Source: Candidatus Thalassarchaeaceae archaeon (GTDB taxonomy: Archaea; Thermoplasmatota; Poseidoniia; Poseidoniales; Thalassarchaeaceae). Taken from it: a stretch of DNA of 64,000 nucleotides. A program made the position numbers and the translations under genes. The stretch covers positions 20,531 to 84,530 of the forward strand of contig JBJLBJ010000023.1 of assembly GCA_045568235.1 (NCBI GenBank), written 5' to 3'. How positions within the stretch are numbered: the stretch's first letter is position 1; every line of letters starts with the position of its first letter. The notes under the pieces are model-generated. The model did not search any database. It worked only from the letters and a program-made list of their open reading frames with translations, and was not told the origin of the DNA. This document shows positions 1-10,011 of the stretch, in pieces.

Positions 1-1494
1 GAAATCACTGAAAGAAATGATTTGGACACACAGAATCCAAATTCTCCTGTTGATATTCTATGGAATAATACATCATGTAAAGAAGGACAAATAGGATTAA
101 AATGTACTATAACTCCTAATTCTGAAGGAGAATTTTTTATTGAAGTATCTGCTACTGATGATGATGGAGAAACCGTTTTTGCATCGAAATCCATTGAAGT
201 TACTAATATAGCACCATATGATGGCGAAATAGAGGTTTTTTTGGGAACGCAAAAACTTACTCCAGATAACAGAGGAGTTTTTGCAGCAAAAGAAGGAGAA
301 ATATTGACTATACGTGGATGGGCGAGTGATTCTGTTAATGATATTGATGATTTGAGATTTTCTTGGATGCCTGATGCTGAAAATAATCCAGACATTATTT
401 ATTATCACGAAGGTAGTGAAAGTATAATAAATCATAGTTATAATTATACTGGACTTCAGTTAGCTACATTACAGATTGTCGATGATGACGGTGCTCCTTT
501 AGTTTTTGATAATGGAGAAGAAATGTTGATAATTCCCATAGAAATATCTAATATTCATCCGTCAATTGTTACTTTGAATCAAAGACTTCCTGTAGGAGAA
601 GGAGAGAAATTAATTTTTGATGTTGGAGTTACTGATAGTTTGAATGATATAGCAAGTTTGTATTCATGTTTTGATATTGACCCACTTACAGACTCTGATT
701 CATCTGGATTAACGGATGATGATTGTGATTATAACTCCAACTATATGGAATACACTTGGGAAGATGCTAGCACGGCTCCAGAATTTATTATATTCCATGT
801 TACTGATGATGATAATGCTTCAGCAAGTATTGAAATAGAAATAGATGTTAGAAATATTAGGCCCGCTGCAGTGGCAAAAACTGATGAAATAAATCCTGTT
901 CAAGGTAATATCATTTCACTTAGTGCTAATGAGACAATTGATTCTGAATTTGATATTGAAAATATGATCTATCACTGGGATATTGATATCTCAATAGACT
1001 CTGATGGTGATGGCGACCCGGCAAATGATGTAGACTTAGAAGGCAGATGGGTGCAAGTCATTTATGATACTGAAGGGAAGAAAAATATCAAATTAACTGT
1101 TTATGATGAGTCCGAGAGTAATTCTGTATACATGGTAGTTGATGTGGCAAAATCTCCCTTTGATATCAAAACAAGTTTTAAAGAAAATTCAGCATCAATT
1201 CTACTGATTGTTTTAGTTTGTGGGGCTGGATTAGTATTGGCACAAAGATATCGGGAAAATAAAGAATTAGGATCTGAAAATGAAAAAGAGTTCGTGTCAA
1301 TAGATCAGTTATTTGATGGAACTGATGGAAAAATTACAGAGCAAAAACAAATAAAAAATGAAATTAAAGAAGGAGTTGAAAATTTTACTTCTGGACATTT
1401 AAAGGAGATTGATTTTGATGATTCGGAAGAAAATAAAATAGCCATAAATAATATTCTAAGCGAGGAAGACATCGAAGCACTCTTTGAGGAGTAG
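1..1494 (+). CDS. Large acidic cell-surface protein with PKD/Ig-like domains, C-terminal TM anchor and acidic tail (5'-truncated by window)
   Basis: Frame open from base 1; PKD-like 'N..P' boundaries, 'LTVYDE', DxDxDG loops (DIDISIDSDGDGDPAND); TM ILLIVLVCGAGLVLA near C-terminus. Confidence 0.75.
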   Translation, partial: EITERNDLDTQNPNSPVDILWNNTSCKEGQIGLKCTITPNSEGEFFIEVSATDDDGETVFASKSIEVTNIAPYDGEIEVFLGTQKLTPDNRGVFAAKEGEILTIRGWASDSVNDIDDLRFSWMPDAENNPDIIYYHEGSESIINHSYNYTGLQLATLQIVDDDGAPLVFDNGEEMLIIPIEISNIHPSIVTLNQRLPVGEGEKLIFDVGVTDSLNDIASLYSCFDIDPLTDSDSSGLTDDDCDYNSNYMEYTWEDASTAPEFIIFHVTDDDNASASIEIEIDVRNIRPAAVAKTDEINPVQGNIISLSANETIDSEFDIENMIYHWDIDISIDSDGDGDPANDVDLEGRWVQVIYDTEGKKNIKLTVYDESESNSVYMVVDVAKSPFDIKTSFKENSASILLIVLVCGAGLVLAQRYRENKELGSENEKEFVSIDQLFDGTDGKITEQKQIKNEIKEGVENFTSGHLKEIDFDDSEENKIAINNILSEEDIEALFEE

Positions 1495-1510
1495 TACTTC
1501 CGACTCAATT

Positions 1511-1969
1511 ATGGTTAATCTCTTTCGACTTTTGGGATTACCAAATCCTAACCCTTCGAACGCAACTAAAGAGGCAAAAGATTCTAGGAAAAGATACAAA
1601 TCTGAAAATAAAAATAGTATGTTAATATTATCTGACATGCGTATATCTGAAAGAACAAAACATCTGATGCTCAAGCCGGATCGGAAAGTCATATATCTAA
1701 AACCAGACAAATTACATCGTTTACATCTTAGTGGCATGGGACAGGAGTTGTCCAAAGGGAATATGATATTAGTTGACCTAGGTGATTTGACACATATGCC
1801 CAGTCAAACTGCGAAATGTAATAGAGAAGTTAATCAATTAGCTGAAAATAATGGCCTAATGGCATTCGCTTTGAATAATTCTGACACTTTAATAATGATT
1901 CCGGGTTCAAAAATGCGTGTAGACACAAGTAAACACATTCTTGGATTGAGTGAACTGAACAAGTTTTAA
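1511..1969 (+). CDS. Putative archaeal SepF-like cell division protein
   Basis: C-terminal ELSKGNMILVDL...VNQLAENNG...LIMIPGSKMRVD resembles the archaeal SepF core; amphipathic N-terminus MVNLFRLLGL. Confidence 0.5.
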   Translation: MVNLFRLLGLPNPNPSNATKEAKDSRKRYKSENKNSMLILSDMRISERTKHLMLKPDRKVIYLKPDKLHRLHLSGMGQELSKGNMILVDLGDLTHMPSQTAKCNREVNQLAENNGLMAFALNNSDTLIMIPGSKMRVDTSKHILGLSELNKF

Positions 1970-1970
1970 A

Positions 1971-2204
1971 TTATTTTTTTTCTCCGGGCTCGTATGATAC
2001 TTTGCCATCATTAAGCCATGAATCTAATTCTTTAGATCTGACCTCTTTTAGTGTTATTTTAATGAAATCTCTATATGTAATCCATTTATCAATCTCTACT
2101 GTACTATCTCCTCTTTTTTCCTTACGATCTATGGAAGCATCGGAATAAACTATACAGTGTTGCAAAAAATTTGCAACTAATTTTCTTCTTTCTTCTATTT
2201 CCAT
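1971..2204 (-). CDS. Hypothetical small helical protein
   Basis: 77-aa ORF whose start overlaps the bcp stop (TAATG coupling). Confidence 0.7.
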   Translation of the reverse strand: MEIEERRKLVANFLQHCIVYSDASIDRKEKRGDSTVEIDKWITYRDFIKITLKEVRSKELDSWLNDGKVSYEPGEKK

Positions 2205-2686
2205 TAGGCAACACCCAAGTCTTCCATTAGTTTCTCGACGTGTCCTTTTGCTCTAACGCCATATTTCGCCCAAATTATCGACCCATCTTTAGAAATAGCA
2301 AAGGTTGACCGTAAACATCCCATGTATTCCTTTCCATACATATTTTTCATTCTCCATGTTCCATATAATTTATGAAGATGAGAATCTGTATCAACAACTA
2401 AATCAAATGGTAATTCAAATTTGTTAGCAAATTTTTCATGACTATTTGCAGAATCTGTAGAAACTCCTATAACTTTCCAGCCTGTTTCTTTAAATCTAGA
2501 AAAATTATCTCTAAAATCACATGCTTCAATCGTACAACCAGGAGTATTGTCTCGTGGATAAAAATACAAAATAACGCCCTTTCCCTGATTGGTAATATCA
2601 GACAAATTTATTTTTGTCCCATCTGTGATAATACATTCAAAATCCGGCGCTAAGTCTCCAATAGATAGTTCCACTACTTCATCCAT
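2204..2686 (-). CDS. bcp: Peroxiredoxin BCP/PrxQ
   Basis: LYFYPRDNTPGCTIEACDFRD motif; start chosen at MDEVV. Confidence 0.95.
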   Translation of the reverse strand: MDEVVELSIGDLAPDFECIITDGTKINLSDITNQGKGVILYFYPRDNTPGCTIEACDFRDNFSRFKETGWKVIGVSTDSANSHEKFANKFELPFDLVVDTDSHLHKLYGTWRMKNMYGKEYMGCLRSTFAISKDGSIIWAKYGVRAKGHVEKLMEDLGVA

Positions 2687-2717
2687 GATAATGCGTAACA
2701 TACATCACTGATGAAAT

Positions 2718-3287
2718 CTAGTTTTTTCCGATCATTGAAATTACTCTTACTGAAGATGGTTTGTCAGGAGGATCGCTAAATCCAAAACCGATAGTATCGG
2801 AAAGTTTTGAAAATTCTCCGAATGATTCTTGTTTATACTTAGCAGATGCTTTTTTAATCCAAGAAATACTTTTTACCATGTACCATTCTTTTCTATTATC
2901 ATTTGTTTTACCGTAAGTCTTTGTACCAAAAAGAAAATTAGCAAAAAAATATTCAATAGTTGAAATGAACCACCTGGGACGCTTAAGTGGTATAGGAAAA
3001 CTCCAACCCCATTCCAAATGAATTAGTAAATTTTCAGATTCTATTTCTATTTTATTTTTATTCCTTTTAACTTTTAGTGGAGTTATAATTACTTCTTCAA
3101 ATGAATAAATTTTAGAAACGTAATTTGCATATTTTAATGAAGGGGAAATTAATATTCTTCTGCCATCCGGTCTTGCCCACATTATATTAGTAAATTTCCC
3201 AAGAGGAGATTTTTGCCAATCTCCTATGACTATTCGTTCTCCTGAAGAGAAAGCTGATGCTGAAATTCTACCCTCAAAAATATCCAT
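2718..3287 (-). CDS. Conserved hypothetical protein
   Basis: 189-aa ORF directly downstream of nth, same strand; no recognised motif. Confidence 0.75.
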   Translation of the reverse strand: MDIFEGRISASAFSSGERIVIGDWQKSPLGKFTNIMWARPDGRRILISPSLKYANYVSKIYSFEEVIITPLKVKRNKNKIEIESENLLIHLEWGWSFPIPLKRPRWFISTIEYFFANFLFGTKTYGKTNDNRKEWYMVKSISWIKKASAKYKQESFGEFSKLSDTIGFGFSDPPDKPSSVRVISMIGKN

Positions 3288-3291
3288 ATTT

Positions 3292-3939
3292 TCACTTTCT
3301 TGCTTCTAAAATAATTTGTTTTTTGGATGCTGCCCAAGAACAGATTGAACAATTACTTAGATTATGTCTTAAAGCTGGGCAATGTTCTCTTCCAAAGAAT
3401 ATTATCTGTAAATGCCTCCTAGACCAAGTATCTTTAGGAAATAATTTCTTAAGGTCTTGTTCTGTTTGTTTTACTGATTTGCCTTTTGAAAGCCCCCATC
3501 TTTTGGCTAACCTGTGAATATGCGTGTCTACAGGAAATGCTGGTAAGCCGAATGCTTGTGACATTACAACTCCTGCAGTTTTATGCCCAACTCCTGCAAG
3601 TGATTCGAGAAAGTTCCATTCAGGTTTTATTACTCCTCCACTCTCAATAATTTGCTCGGCCATTTTCTTCAAATTTTTAGCTTTAGTTGGGGCTAGACCA
3701 ACTTCTCTAATTATACTTTGAATCTCATCCACTTCGAGGGCGTACATTTTAACGGGATTGTCAGCAATTTGGAATAACTTAGGCGTTACTTGGTTGACTT
3801 TTTTATCAGTTGTTTGCGCGGAAAGCATGACGGCTACAAGAAGAGTATATTCATCTTTGTGATCTAACGGTATAGGTTGTTCTGGATATAAATAATCCAA
3901 TAGTTTACCTATTTTCTCTGCTTTTTCGATCCTGCGCAT
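3292..3939 (-). CDS. nth: Endonuclease III
   Basis: LLVAVMLSAQTTD, HhH LAGVGHKTA, PVDTHIHR; SD GAGGGAG before MRRIE. Confidence 0.95.
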   Translation of the reverse strand: MRRIEKAEKIGKLLDYLYPEQPIPLDHKDEYTLLVAVMLSAQTTDKKVNQVTPKLFQIADNPVKMYALEVDEIQSIIREVGLAPTKAKNLKKMAEQIIESGGVIKPEWNFLESLAGVGHKTAGVVMSQAFGLPAFPVDTHIHRLAKRWGLSKGKSVKQTEQDLKKLFPKDTWSRRHLQIIFFGREHCPALRHNLSNCSICSWAASKKQIILEARK

Positions 3940-3940
3940 T

Positions 3941-4147
3941 TTACTCCCTCTGATCATCTTTAATGCCTAAAATAAATGCAACAATTAGACATAATGCAGG
4001 TATACCATAACATGGCCCATACATAAATTCTCCTCCTTCCATTGAATCCGAAGTAGTACCCCCTAATGCAATATAACAAATTAGACCTAAAACTAAGCTA
4101 GGCAATATGGCCACTCCTACAAAAATAAGTCCGCGTGCTAATCCCAT
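3941..4147 (-). CDS. Small two-TM membrane protein
   Basis: Two hydrophobic segments; first gene of the putative nth operon. Confidence 0.75.
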   Translation of the reverse strand: MGLARGLIFVGVAILPSLVLGLICYIALGGTTSDSMEGGEFMYGPCYGIPALCLIVAFILGIKDDQRE

Positions 4148-4182
4148 GACTCTGACTAATACTGATATTTGATGAAGGTTCG

Positions 4183-6117
4183 TTATTTGCCAAAGAGAAT
4201 TTCGATTTCTGACTTGTTTTTTGTATTTAGCACATCTTTATTTTCTAGCCATCCTTTTCTTGCAATTTTAGTCCCATACCAAACATCATTAAGCCCTTTG
4301 GTATCATGAGCATCCGGATTTATGCATACAGGTACACCCAATTCTTTGGCGTATTTACAAAATCTCCAATCTAAATCGAGCCTATAGGGAGATGCATTAA
4401 TTTCAACGGCTTTTAATATACCTTCTTGATTAAATTCGGCCATTTCACGAAGAATTGCATGCATATCTACAGGAAACCCTTCCCTTCCTTGTAATATTCT
4501 GCCAGTAGGGTGTCCTAATATTGTAAATGTTGAGTCTTCTATTGCTTTAATTAAAAATTCCGTATTAGTCGATTCGTCTCTATTTTTCCAACTCCCGAGA
4601 GCGTGAACAGAACCAATTACATGCGATAAAGAATTACGTATTTCTGGAGGGTAGTCCAATTTACCATCTGATAGTATATCACATTCTGAACCATGAAATA
4701 ATTTAAAATTGATATTCTCTTTTTTATAATATTTGTTTAATTTTTTGATTTCAATAGACTGATTTATCATTTCATCGCTTGGAATTCCTATTTGTCTTCC
4801 TCCAATATTAAGTGATTCAGAATGATCGGCTATTCCTAAATATTCCCATCCAAGATTTATAGCTTGATTAGCCATTTCTTCTAACGTTGCAGCGCCATCT
4901 GACGAAGTGGTATGATTGTGGAAAGCGCCCTTCAAATCGCCTACTTCGATAAGTTTTGGCAAATTTCCTTCCGATGCAGCCTCTATTTCACCCATGTCTT
5001 CACGCAATTCTGGAGGAATCCAAGGCATTCCTAAATTTTTGTATATTTCTGATTCATCACTACAAATAAGTGTATTCTTGGCTGCTTCCATTCCAGTTTT
5101 ATCGCCCGCTTCACTCTCTGAAAAAAGTCCAAATTCATTAAGCCTCAGACCTTTATCGATTGCTAGTTGTCGCATACGTATGTTGTGCTCTTTAGAGCCA
5201 GTAAAGTATGCCAGGGTGAATGGAAATGTTTCTGGATTGACAATTCTTATTTGGGCATCTATTGTTGCATTAGTAGATCTTTCTGAAAGGCTTTCTGAAA
5301 GTGCAATGTCCATTTCGCTACTTCCAATTGGTTCAGCAAGCATTTCTGCTTCCAATATTAGGCTAATTTTGGATGTTCCTTGTCCTTTTACTTCGGCGAT
5401 TCCAGAGAAATTCATTATTTCTCTGATGATTCTATCTTGGTATTCAGGTTTAGCCCCTAAAACTATATCTAAATCACCAATTGTTTCTCTCATTCTTCTT
5501 GCGCTTCCAGCAAGTTGTGCTTTCATCACGTTAGGGATTTTTGATATTTTCTCTTCCAAGGCACGTCCATATGCGAGTCCTATGTCTAGTCTATTTCGTC
5601 CCTGATATCTATTAAGTAAATCAATTCCTTCAAGATATTTTTCTTGACTTTTTGGTCCGAATCCTTGTAATGATGCTATTTGATTATTTTCACATGCATA
5701 TTTTAACTTCTCTAATGAATCAATTTTCAATTCTTCATAAAGTAATCTGACTCTTTTTGGACCTAAACTAGGTATTCCAGTCATCTGAATTAGTCCGGGA
5801 GGTATCTTGGCATATAATTCGTCAAGATTGCCCCAAGAACCTTGTAAAACAGCTTCTGAGATAAGTCCGCCAATTCCTTTACCAATTCCCTTTATTTCAG
5901 TAATTCTGTTTTCTTGGACAATTGATAGTAAATCTTCTTCTAATGTTGCAAGAGCCCGGCTTGCGTTCTGATAAGCAATAACTCGGAATCTATTGGCTCC
6001 ATCTAATTCAAGTAAAATAGCAACTTGTTCGAATGTTGTAGAGATTTGTGTTTTTGTCATATGTGGAGGAGTATCGCTTCGAGATTGGGGCAATCGCCAA
6101 GCAGAAACACTAGTCAT
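4183..6117 (-). CDS. polX: DNA polymerase X / PHP-domain nuclease
   Basis: N-terminal HhH (IKGIGKGI), GSARR..ETIGDLD, YFTGSKEHN, IPPELRE, PHP motifs HNHTTSSDG, DHS, GHPTGR, DAH. Confidence 0.95.
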   Translation of the reverse strand: MTSVSAWRLPQSRSDTPPHMTKTQISTTFEQVAILLELDGANRFRVIAYQNASRALATLEEDLLSIVQENRITEIKGIGKGIGGLISEAVLQGSWGNLDELYAKIPPGLIQMTGIPSLGPKRVRLLYEELKIDSLEKLKYACENNQIASLQGFGPKSQEKYLEGIDLLNRYQGRNRLDIGLAYGRALEEKISKIPNVMKAQLAGSARRMRETIGDLDIVLGAKPEYQDRIIREIMNFSGIAEVKGQGTSKISLILEAEMLAEPIGSSEMDIALSESLSERSTNATIDAQIRIVNPETFPFTLAYFTGSKEHNIRMRQLAIDKGLRLNEFGLFSESEAGDKTGMEAAKNTLICSDESEIYKNLGMPWIPPELREDMGEIEAASEGNLPKLIEVGDLKGAFHNHTTSSDGAATLEEMANQAINLGWEYLGIADHSESLNIGGRQIGIPSDEMINQSIEIKKLNKYYKKENINFKLFHGSECDILSDGKLDYPPEIRNSLSHVIGSVHALGSWKNRDESTNTEFLIKAIEDSTFTILGHPTGRILQGREGFPVDMHAILREMAEFNQEGILKAVEINASPYRLDLDWRFCKYAKELGVPVCINPDAHDTKGLNDVWYGTKIARKGWLENKDVLNTKNKSEIEILFGK

Positions 6118-6192
6118 GATATGAACGTAAAGTCATGTAACTTCATATTGCCCCTCTATTGTTCAAAAATAGACCCCTAATGTAAACAACTA

Positions 6193-6543
6193 ATGACGTT
6201 TGCGAGTAACATGGATTTGATTAATCTAGTTGAGAATATTTCACTTGGACTTTGTGGAGCATCTACTCTATTATGGATATCCATTGGAACGCTATCAAGG
6301 AGTGAAAACGGTGAAATTATTGCTCAAAGGATAATTATGGCAATGTGCTTAATATCTGCTTTACTCCTATTCTTACTACACTATTTGGGAGGAGAATTGT
6401 GGGGATCAAGAAATGCCGCTAGACCATTAGCTGTTTTGGCAATTATTGTTGCTATCACGGCATCATTAAATATCAAGGGAAGAGATGTACAGGGAGAAAT
6501 TAATCCTCATCAGATAATGAAGATGCGTAAAGATGAAAAATAA
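6193..6543 (+). CDS. Hypothetical three-TM membrane protein
   Basis: Three hydrophobic stretches. Confidence 0.75.
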   Translation: MTFASNMDLINLVENISLGLCGASTLLWISIGTLSRSENGEIIAQRIIMAMCLISALLLFLLHYLGGELWGSRNAARPLAVLAIIVAITASLNIKGRDVQGEINPHQIMKMRKDEK

Positions 6544-6545
6544 AA

Positions 6546-6827
6546 TTATGTTTGCTCTGTATTTAATTTATCATCAATAAAAGACCGCATGTAGGCTGGT
6601 AACTCGCCATTAACAAAAATAACATCATTTACTTCTTCCAACTTCAATAGTGAATAATATATTTGCATTGCAGTCATTGGAGTGGCAGAACAACCGGTAC
6701 ATCCTCCTTCAAGTGATATCATTATGACTCCGTCAGTAGTATCTAAAACATTCACAACTCCTTCATGTGCATCTAGGATAGCCTGAACTGGCCCTACAGA
6801 ATCTAAAATGACTTGTTTATCTACCAT
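6546..6827 (-). CDS. NifU/Nfu C-terminal domain Fe-S carrier protein
   Basis: L.AHEG.V...L.GGCTGCS..MT Nfu signature; SD AAGGAG. Confidence 0.85.
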   Translation of the reverse strand: MVDKQVILDSVGPVQAILDAHEGVVNVLDTTDGVIMISLEGGCTGCSATPMTAMQIYYSLLKLEEVNDVIFVNGELPAYMRSFIDDKLNTEQT

Positions 6828-6892
6828 CTAGTAAGTCTCCTTGTTTAATGCAAGAGGGGTTAGGCTTTCAAACACTCCCTCATACGATATCT

Positions 6893-7795
6893 ATGGCAGG
6901 GACTATTCGAGTACTACTTCTTGATTTATTGGTCGAAAGAGCGGAATTTGGGCATGGAGGAAATCAAGAGGTAATAAGACCGTTCTTGGAAAAATCTGAT
7001 GTTGAAGTTTTACTATTAACTCCTCAAATGCAATCCTTTGAATCAGGACACAAAACAGAACTAGAGTTTGAAGTGGTATTGAAGCTAGAAGATGTTCCTC
7101 ATTGGGATGATGAATATCCTTTTTGGGAAAATAATATAGTTGAATTAGAATCGAAGAAAGTCAATTTTCGCAGGATAGTAATGCCAATGATTAATGATGA
7201 TGCAAAAATGAAAAAATGGGTAGAAGATTTATCAATAGATGCTTTGGTTTGTTCAGGATCGAGAAGGAATGTAAGTATTTGGGAAGAATGGATGGGCCCG
7301 GCTGGAACTCTTATGAGAGTAGTGGCGAATTCTGGTACTCCTACTTTAGGAATATGCTTTGGACATCAACTATTGTGCCATTCCTTAGGAAGTGAAATAA
7401 AACGTGCTAATTCTTTATCAAGTGGCATATGGGAATTGAAATTAACTGAATTTGGAGAAAATGATCCTTTACTAACATCTCATCTGGATTCTAATTCACA
7501 AATATATGGCCTATATACGCATCAAGACCATGTGGTGACTATGCCAAATAACTGTAACCATATAGGTATGGCTGATCATAATTCAATTACTGCCATAAGA
7601 GTAAATGACAGACTAGGAAATCCTTTGCCGGCATGGGGGATACAATGCCATCCAGAAGCTGCAAGAAAGAGAATAGAACGTGCTTTTGAATGGGGGCATA
7701 TTACAGAAGAAGAGTTTGCATCATTCAAAGGAGAACATGATGGAGCAAGTATTCTTTCTTCATTTGCACGCATCGTACTGGAAAATACTCCTTAA
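6893..7795 (+). CDS. Class I glutamine amidotransferase-like protein
   Basis: LGICFGHQLL nucleophile elbow, HQDHV, GIQCHPE. Confidence 0.9.
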   Translation: MAGTIRVLLLDLLVERAEFGHGGNQEVIRPFLEKSDVEVLLLTPQMQSFESGHKTELEFEVVLKLEDVPHWDDEYPFWENNIVELESKKVNFRRIVMPMINDDAKMKKWVEDLSIDALVCSGSRRNVSIWEEWMGPAGTLMRVVANSGTPTLGICFGHQLLCHSLGSEIKRANSLSSGIWELKLTEFGENDPLLTSHLDSNSQIYGLYTHQDHVVTMPNNCNHIGMADHNSITAIRVNDRLGNPLPAWGIQCHPEAARKRIERAFEWGHITEEEFASFKGEHDGASILSSFARIVLENTP

Positions 7796-7871
7796 TAGAC
7801 AATTAACATCCTTGATATCAGGATTTTGATTATAAGTAACTCTTTTGTCCGCGGGTCAGAAGGTGGACACC

Positions 7872-9962
7872 ATGAATGACAATATACCATTATTTGCAGC
7901 AGCAGCAGGGTTTTTAGGTTTGCTAATTGCATATACATTATACAGAAAAGTAAATGACGTAAAAATTGATAATAAGACAGTAGGAGATATTACTCAAGAA
8001 ATTCAAGACGGGGCAATGGCTTTTTTAAAGGCTGAATACAAAGTATTGTTTGTTTTTGTAATAATTGTTGGAATTATTCTTTCAATTTTAAATGATGTTG
8101 AAACAGCAATCGCCTTTTTCGCTGGAGCTCTTGCATCGGTGATGGCTGGATTTTCAGGCATGAAAGCAGCGACCTCTGCCAATGGGAGAACTGCTATGGC
8201 TGCTAAGAATGAGGGTCAAGCTGGTGCATTATCTGTTTCTTACAATGGTGGAGCTGTTATGGGCCTCTCAGTAGGGGGCTTGGGTTTACTAGGTATCTCA
8301 TTAGTTGCGTTTTGGTTAGATGCAGCCAATCCCGATACAGATAATCTATCAGCTGCTGCTGGTTTTGGAATGGGTGCGTCATCAATAGCCCTATTTGCTC
8401 GTGTTGGAGGTGGAATTTATACAAAAGCAGCAGATGTTGGTGCTGATTTAGTTGGTAAAGTAGAAGCTGGGATACCTGAAGACGACCCAAGAAATCCTGG
8501 AGTAATAGCAGATAATGTTGGAGATAACGTCGGAGATGTTGCAGGAATGGGTGCGGATATTTTTGAGTCGTTTGTTGGTTCGATTATTGCTGCAATGATT
8601 ATTGCGAGTAATTCTGCTGATATGTCGGTTGATTACGTGATAATGCCAATTATGCTTGGCCTAATAGGTTACTTAGCATCCATCATTGGTGTTTTCTCAA
8701 TGACATTTCTGAAAAATGGTTCTGATCCAGCGGCTGCATTAAGAAATACAACATTCATAGCTGCTGGCTTATTTTGGGTCGGTGGCTATCTATCTATCAC
8801 TCAAGATTTAATGGATGTAGATGTAGGAGTAATGCATTCAGTAGTACTTGGGAGTATTGTAGGAATAATGATCGGGCTAGTGACGGAGTATTATACCGGT
8901 ATTGAACCCGTATTTGGAATCAAAACAAGAGCGATTCCTCATATTGGAGAAATGTCAAAAACTGGTCCTGCAACAAATGCTATTGCGGGTCTTTCAGTAG
9001 GAATGATGTCAACATTCTTACCGATTATTTTGATTTGTGTAGGAATTCTAGGTGCTAATGAGTTCAATGGTGGCGGAGAGATGGGACTGTATGGAATCGC
9101 TATGGCTGCAATGGGAATGTTAGCAACAGTTGGAGTAACAATGACTGTAGACGCATATGGCCCTGTAGCAGATAATGCTGGAGGAATTGCCGAGATGAGT
9201 GGCCTAGGAGATGATGTAAGGGCAATTACTGATGAATTAGACTCAATAGGAAATACTACTGCTGCAGTTGGCAAAGGATTTGCAATAGGTTCAGCAGCAT
9301 TAACTGCACTTGCTTTATTTGCTGCATATACTGCAGCTATAGATGGCGATTTAGAACTAAATCTTACTAACCCAATGGTTGTAATCGGACTTTTAATTGG
9401 AGGAGGTTTGCCATTTGTAGTTGCAGCAATGACAATGACTTCAGTAGGTAAGGCAGCAGGAGATATGGTACTTGAAATAAGGAGACAATTCAAAGAAATT
9501 CCTGGACTATTGGATGGTGTCGAAGGAGTGAAACCTGATTCGAAAAAATGTGTAGATATATCTACACAGGCCGCCCTTAGAGAAATGGTTGGACCAGGTA
9601 TTGTAGCTGTTTCAGCACCAGTAGTAGTTGGATTAGCCTTAGGTTGGGATGCTCTCGGAGGACTTCTAGCAGGATCTCTCGTCACAGGAGTACTAATGGC
9701 GTTATTCATGGCTAATGCTGGAGGGGCTTGGGATAATGCTAAGAAAGCTATTGAGCAAGGACACATCTTAGGTGCAGCCAAAGGAGATTCTGCCCATGAT
9801 GCTGCCGTAATTGGAGATACAATAGGAGATCCATTTAAAGATACTTCAGGCCCATCTCTAAATATATTGATTAAATTGATGTCAATAGTTGCAGTAGTAC
9901 TTGCTGGGACAGGGGAATTAAATGCAGAAGGTTTATTGATTGAATTTTTAAATAATTTATGA
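7872..9962 (+). CDS. hppA: Membrane-bound pyrophosphatase, K+-dependent type, probably Na+-translocating
   Basis: [35 protein letters not shown] (Ala = K+-dependent subtype), [14 protein letters not shown]. Confidence 0.95.
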   Translation: MNDNIPLFAAAAGFLGLLIAYTLYRKVNDVKIDNKTVGDITQEIQDGAMAFLKAEYKVLFVFVIIVGIILSILNDVETAIAFFAGALASVMAGFSGMKAATSANGRTAMAAKNEGQAGALSVSYNGGAVMGLSVGGLGLLGISLVAFWLDAANPDTDNLSAAAGFGMGASSIALFARVGGGIYTKAADVGADLVGKVEAGIPEDDPRNPGVIADNVGDNVGDVAGMGADIFESFVGSIIAAMIIASNSADMSVDYVIMPIMLGLIGYLASIIGVFSMTFLKNGSDPAAALRNTTFIAAGLFWVGGYLSITQDLMDVDVGVMHSVVLGSIVGIMIGLVTEYYTGIEPVFGIKTRAIPHIGEMSKTGPATNAIAGLSVGMMSTFLPIILICVGILGANEFNGGGEMGLYGIAMAAMGMLATVGVTMTVDAYGPVADNAGGIAEMSGLGDDVRAITDELDSIGNTTAAVGKGFAIGSAALTALALFAAYTAAIDGDLELNLTNPMVVIGLLIGGGLPFVVAAMTMTSVGKAAGDMVLEIRRQFKEIPGLLDGVEGVKPDSKKCVDISTQAALREMVGPGIVAVSAPVVVGLALGWDALGGLLAGSLVTGVLMALFMANAGGAWDNAKKAIEQGHILGAAKGDSAHDAAVIGDTIGDPFKDTSGPSLNILIKLMSIVAVVLAGTGELNAEGLLIEFLNNL

Positions 9963-10011
9963 TTGAACTAAATACCGTTACACTCTTGACTGTAGGCAGT
10001 GTGCAATAGAT

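Noticed and set aside
4916-5605. 229-aa antisense ORF in polX
   Set aside because: Shadow ORF with no independent coding signal
8939-9781. 280-aa antisense ORF in hppA
   Set aside because: Codon-mirror shadow of an Ala/Gly-rich membrane protein
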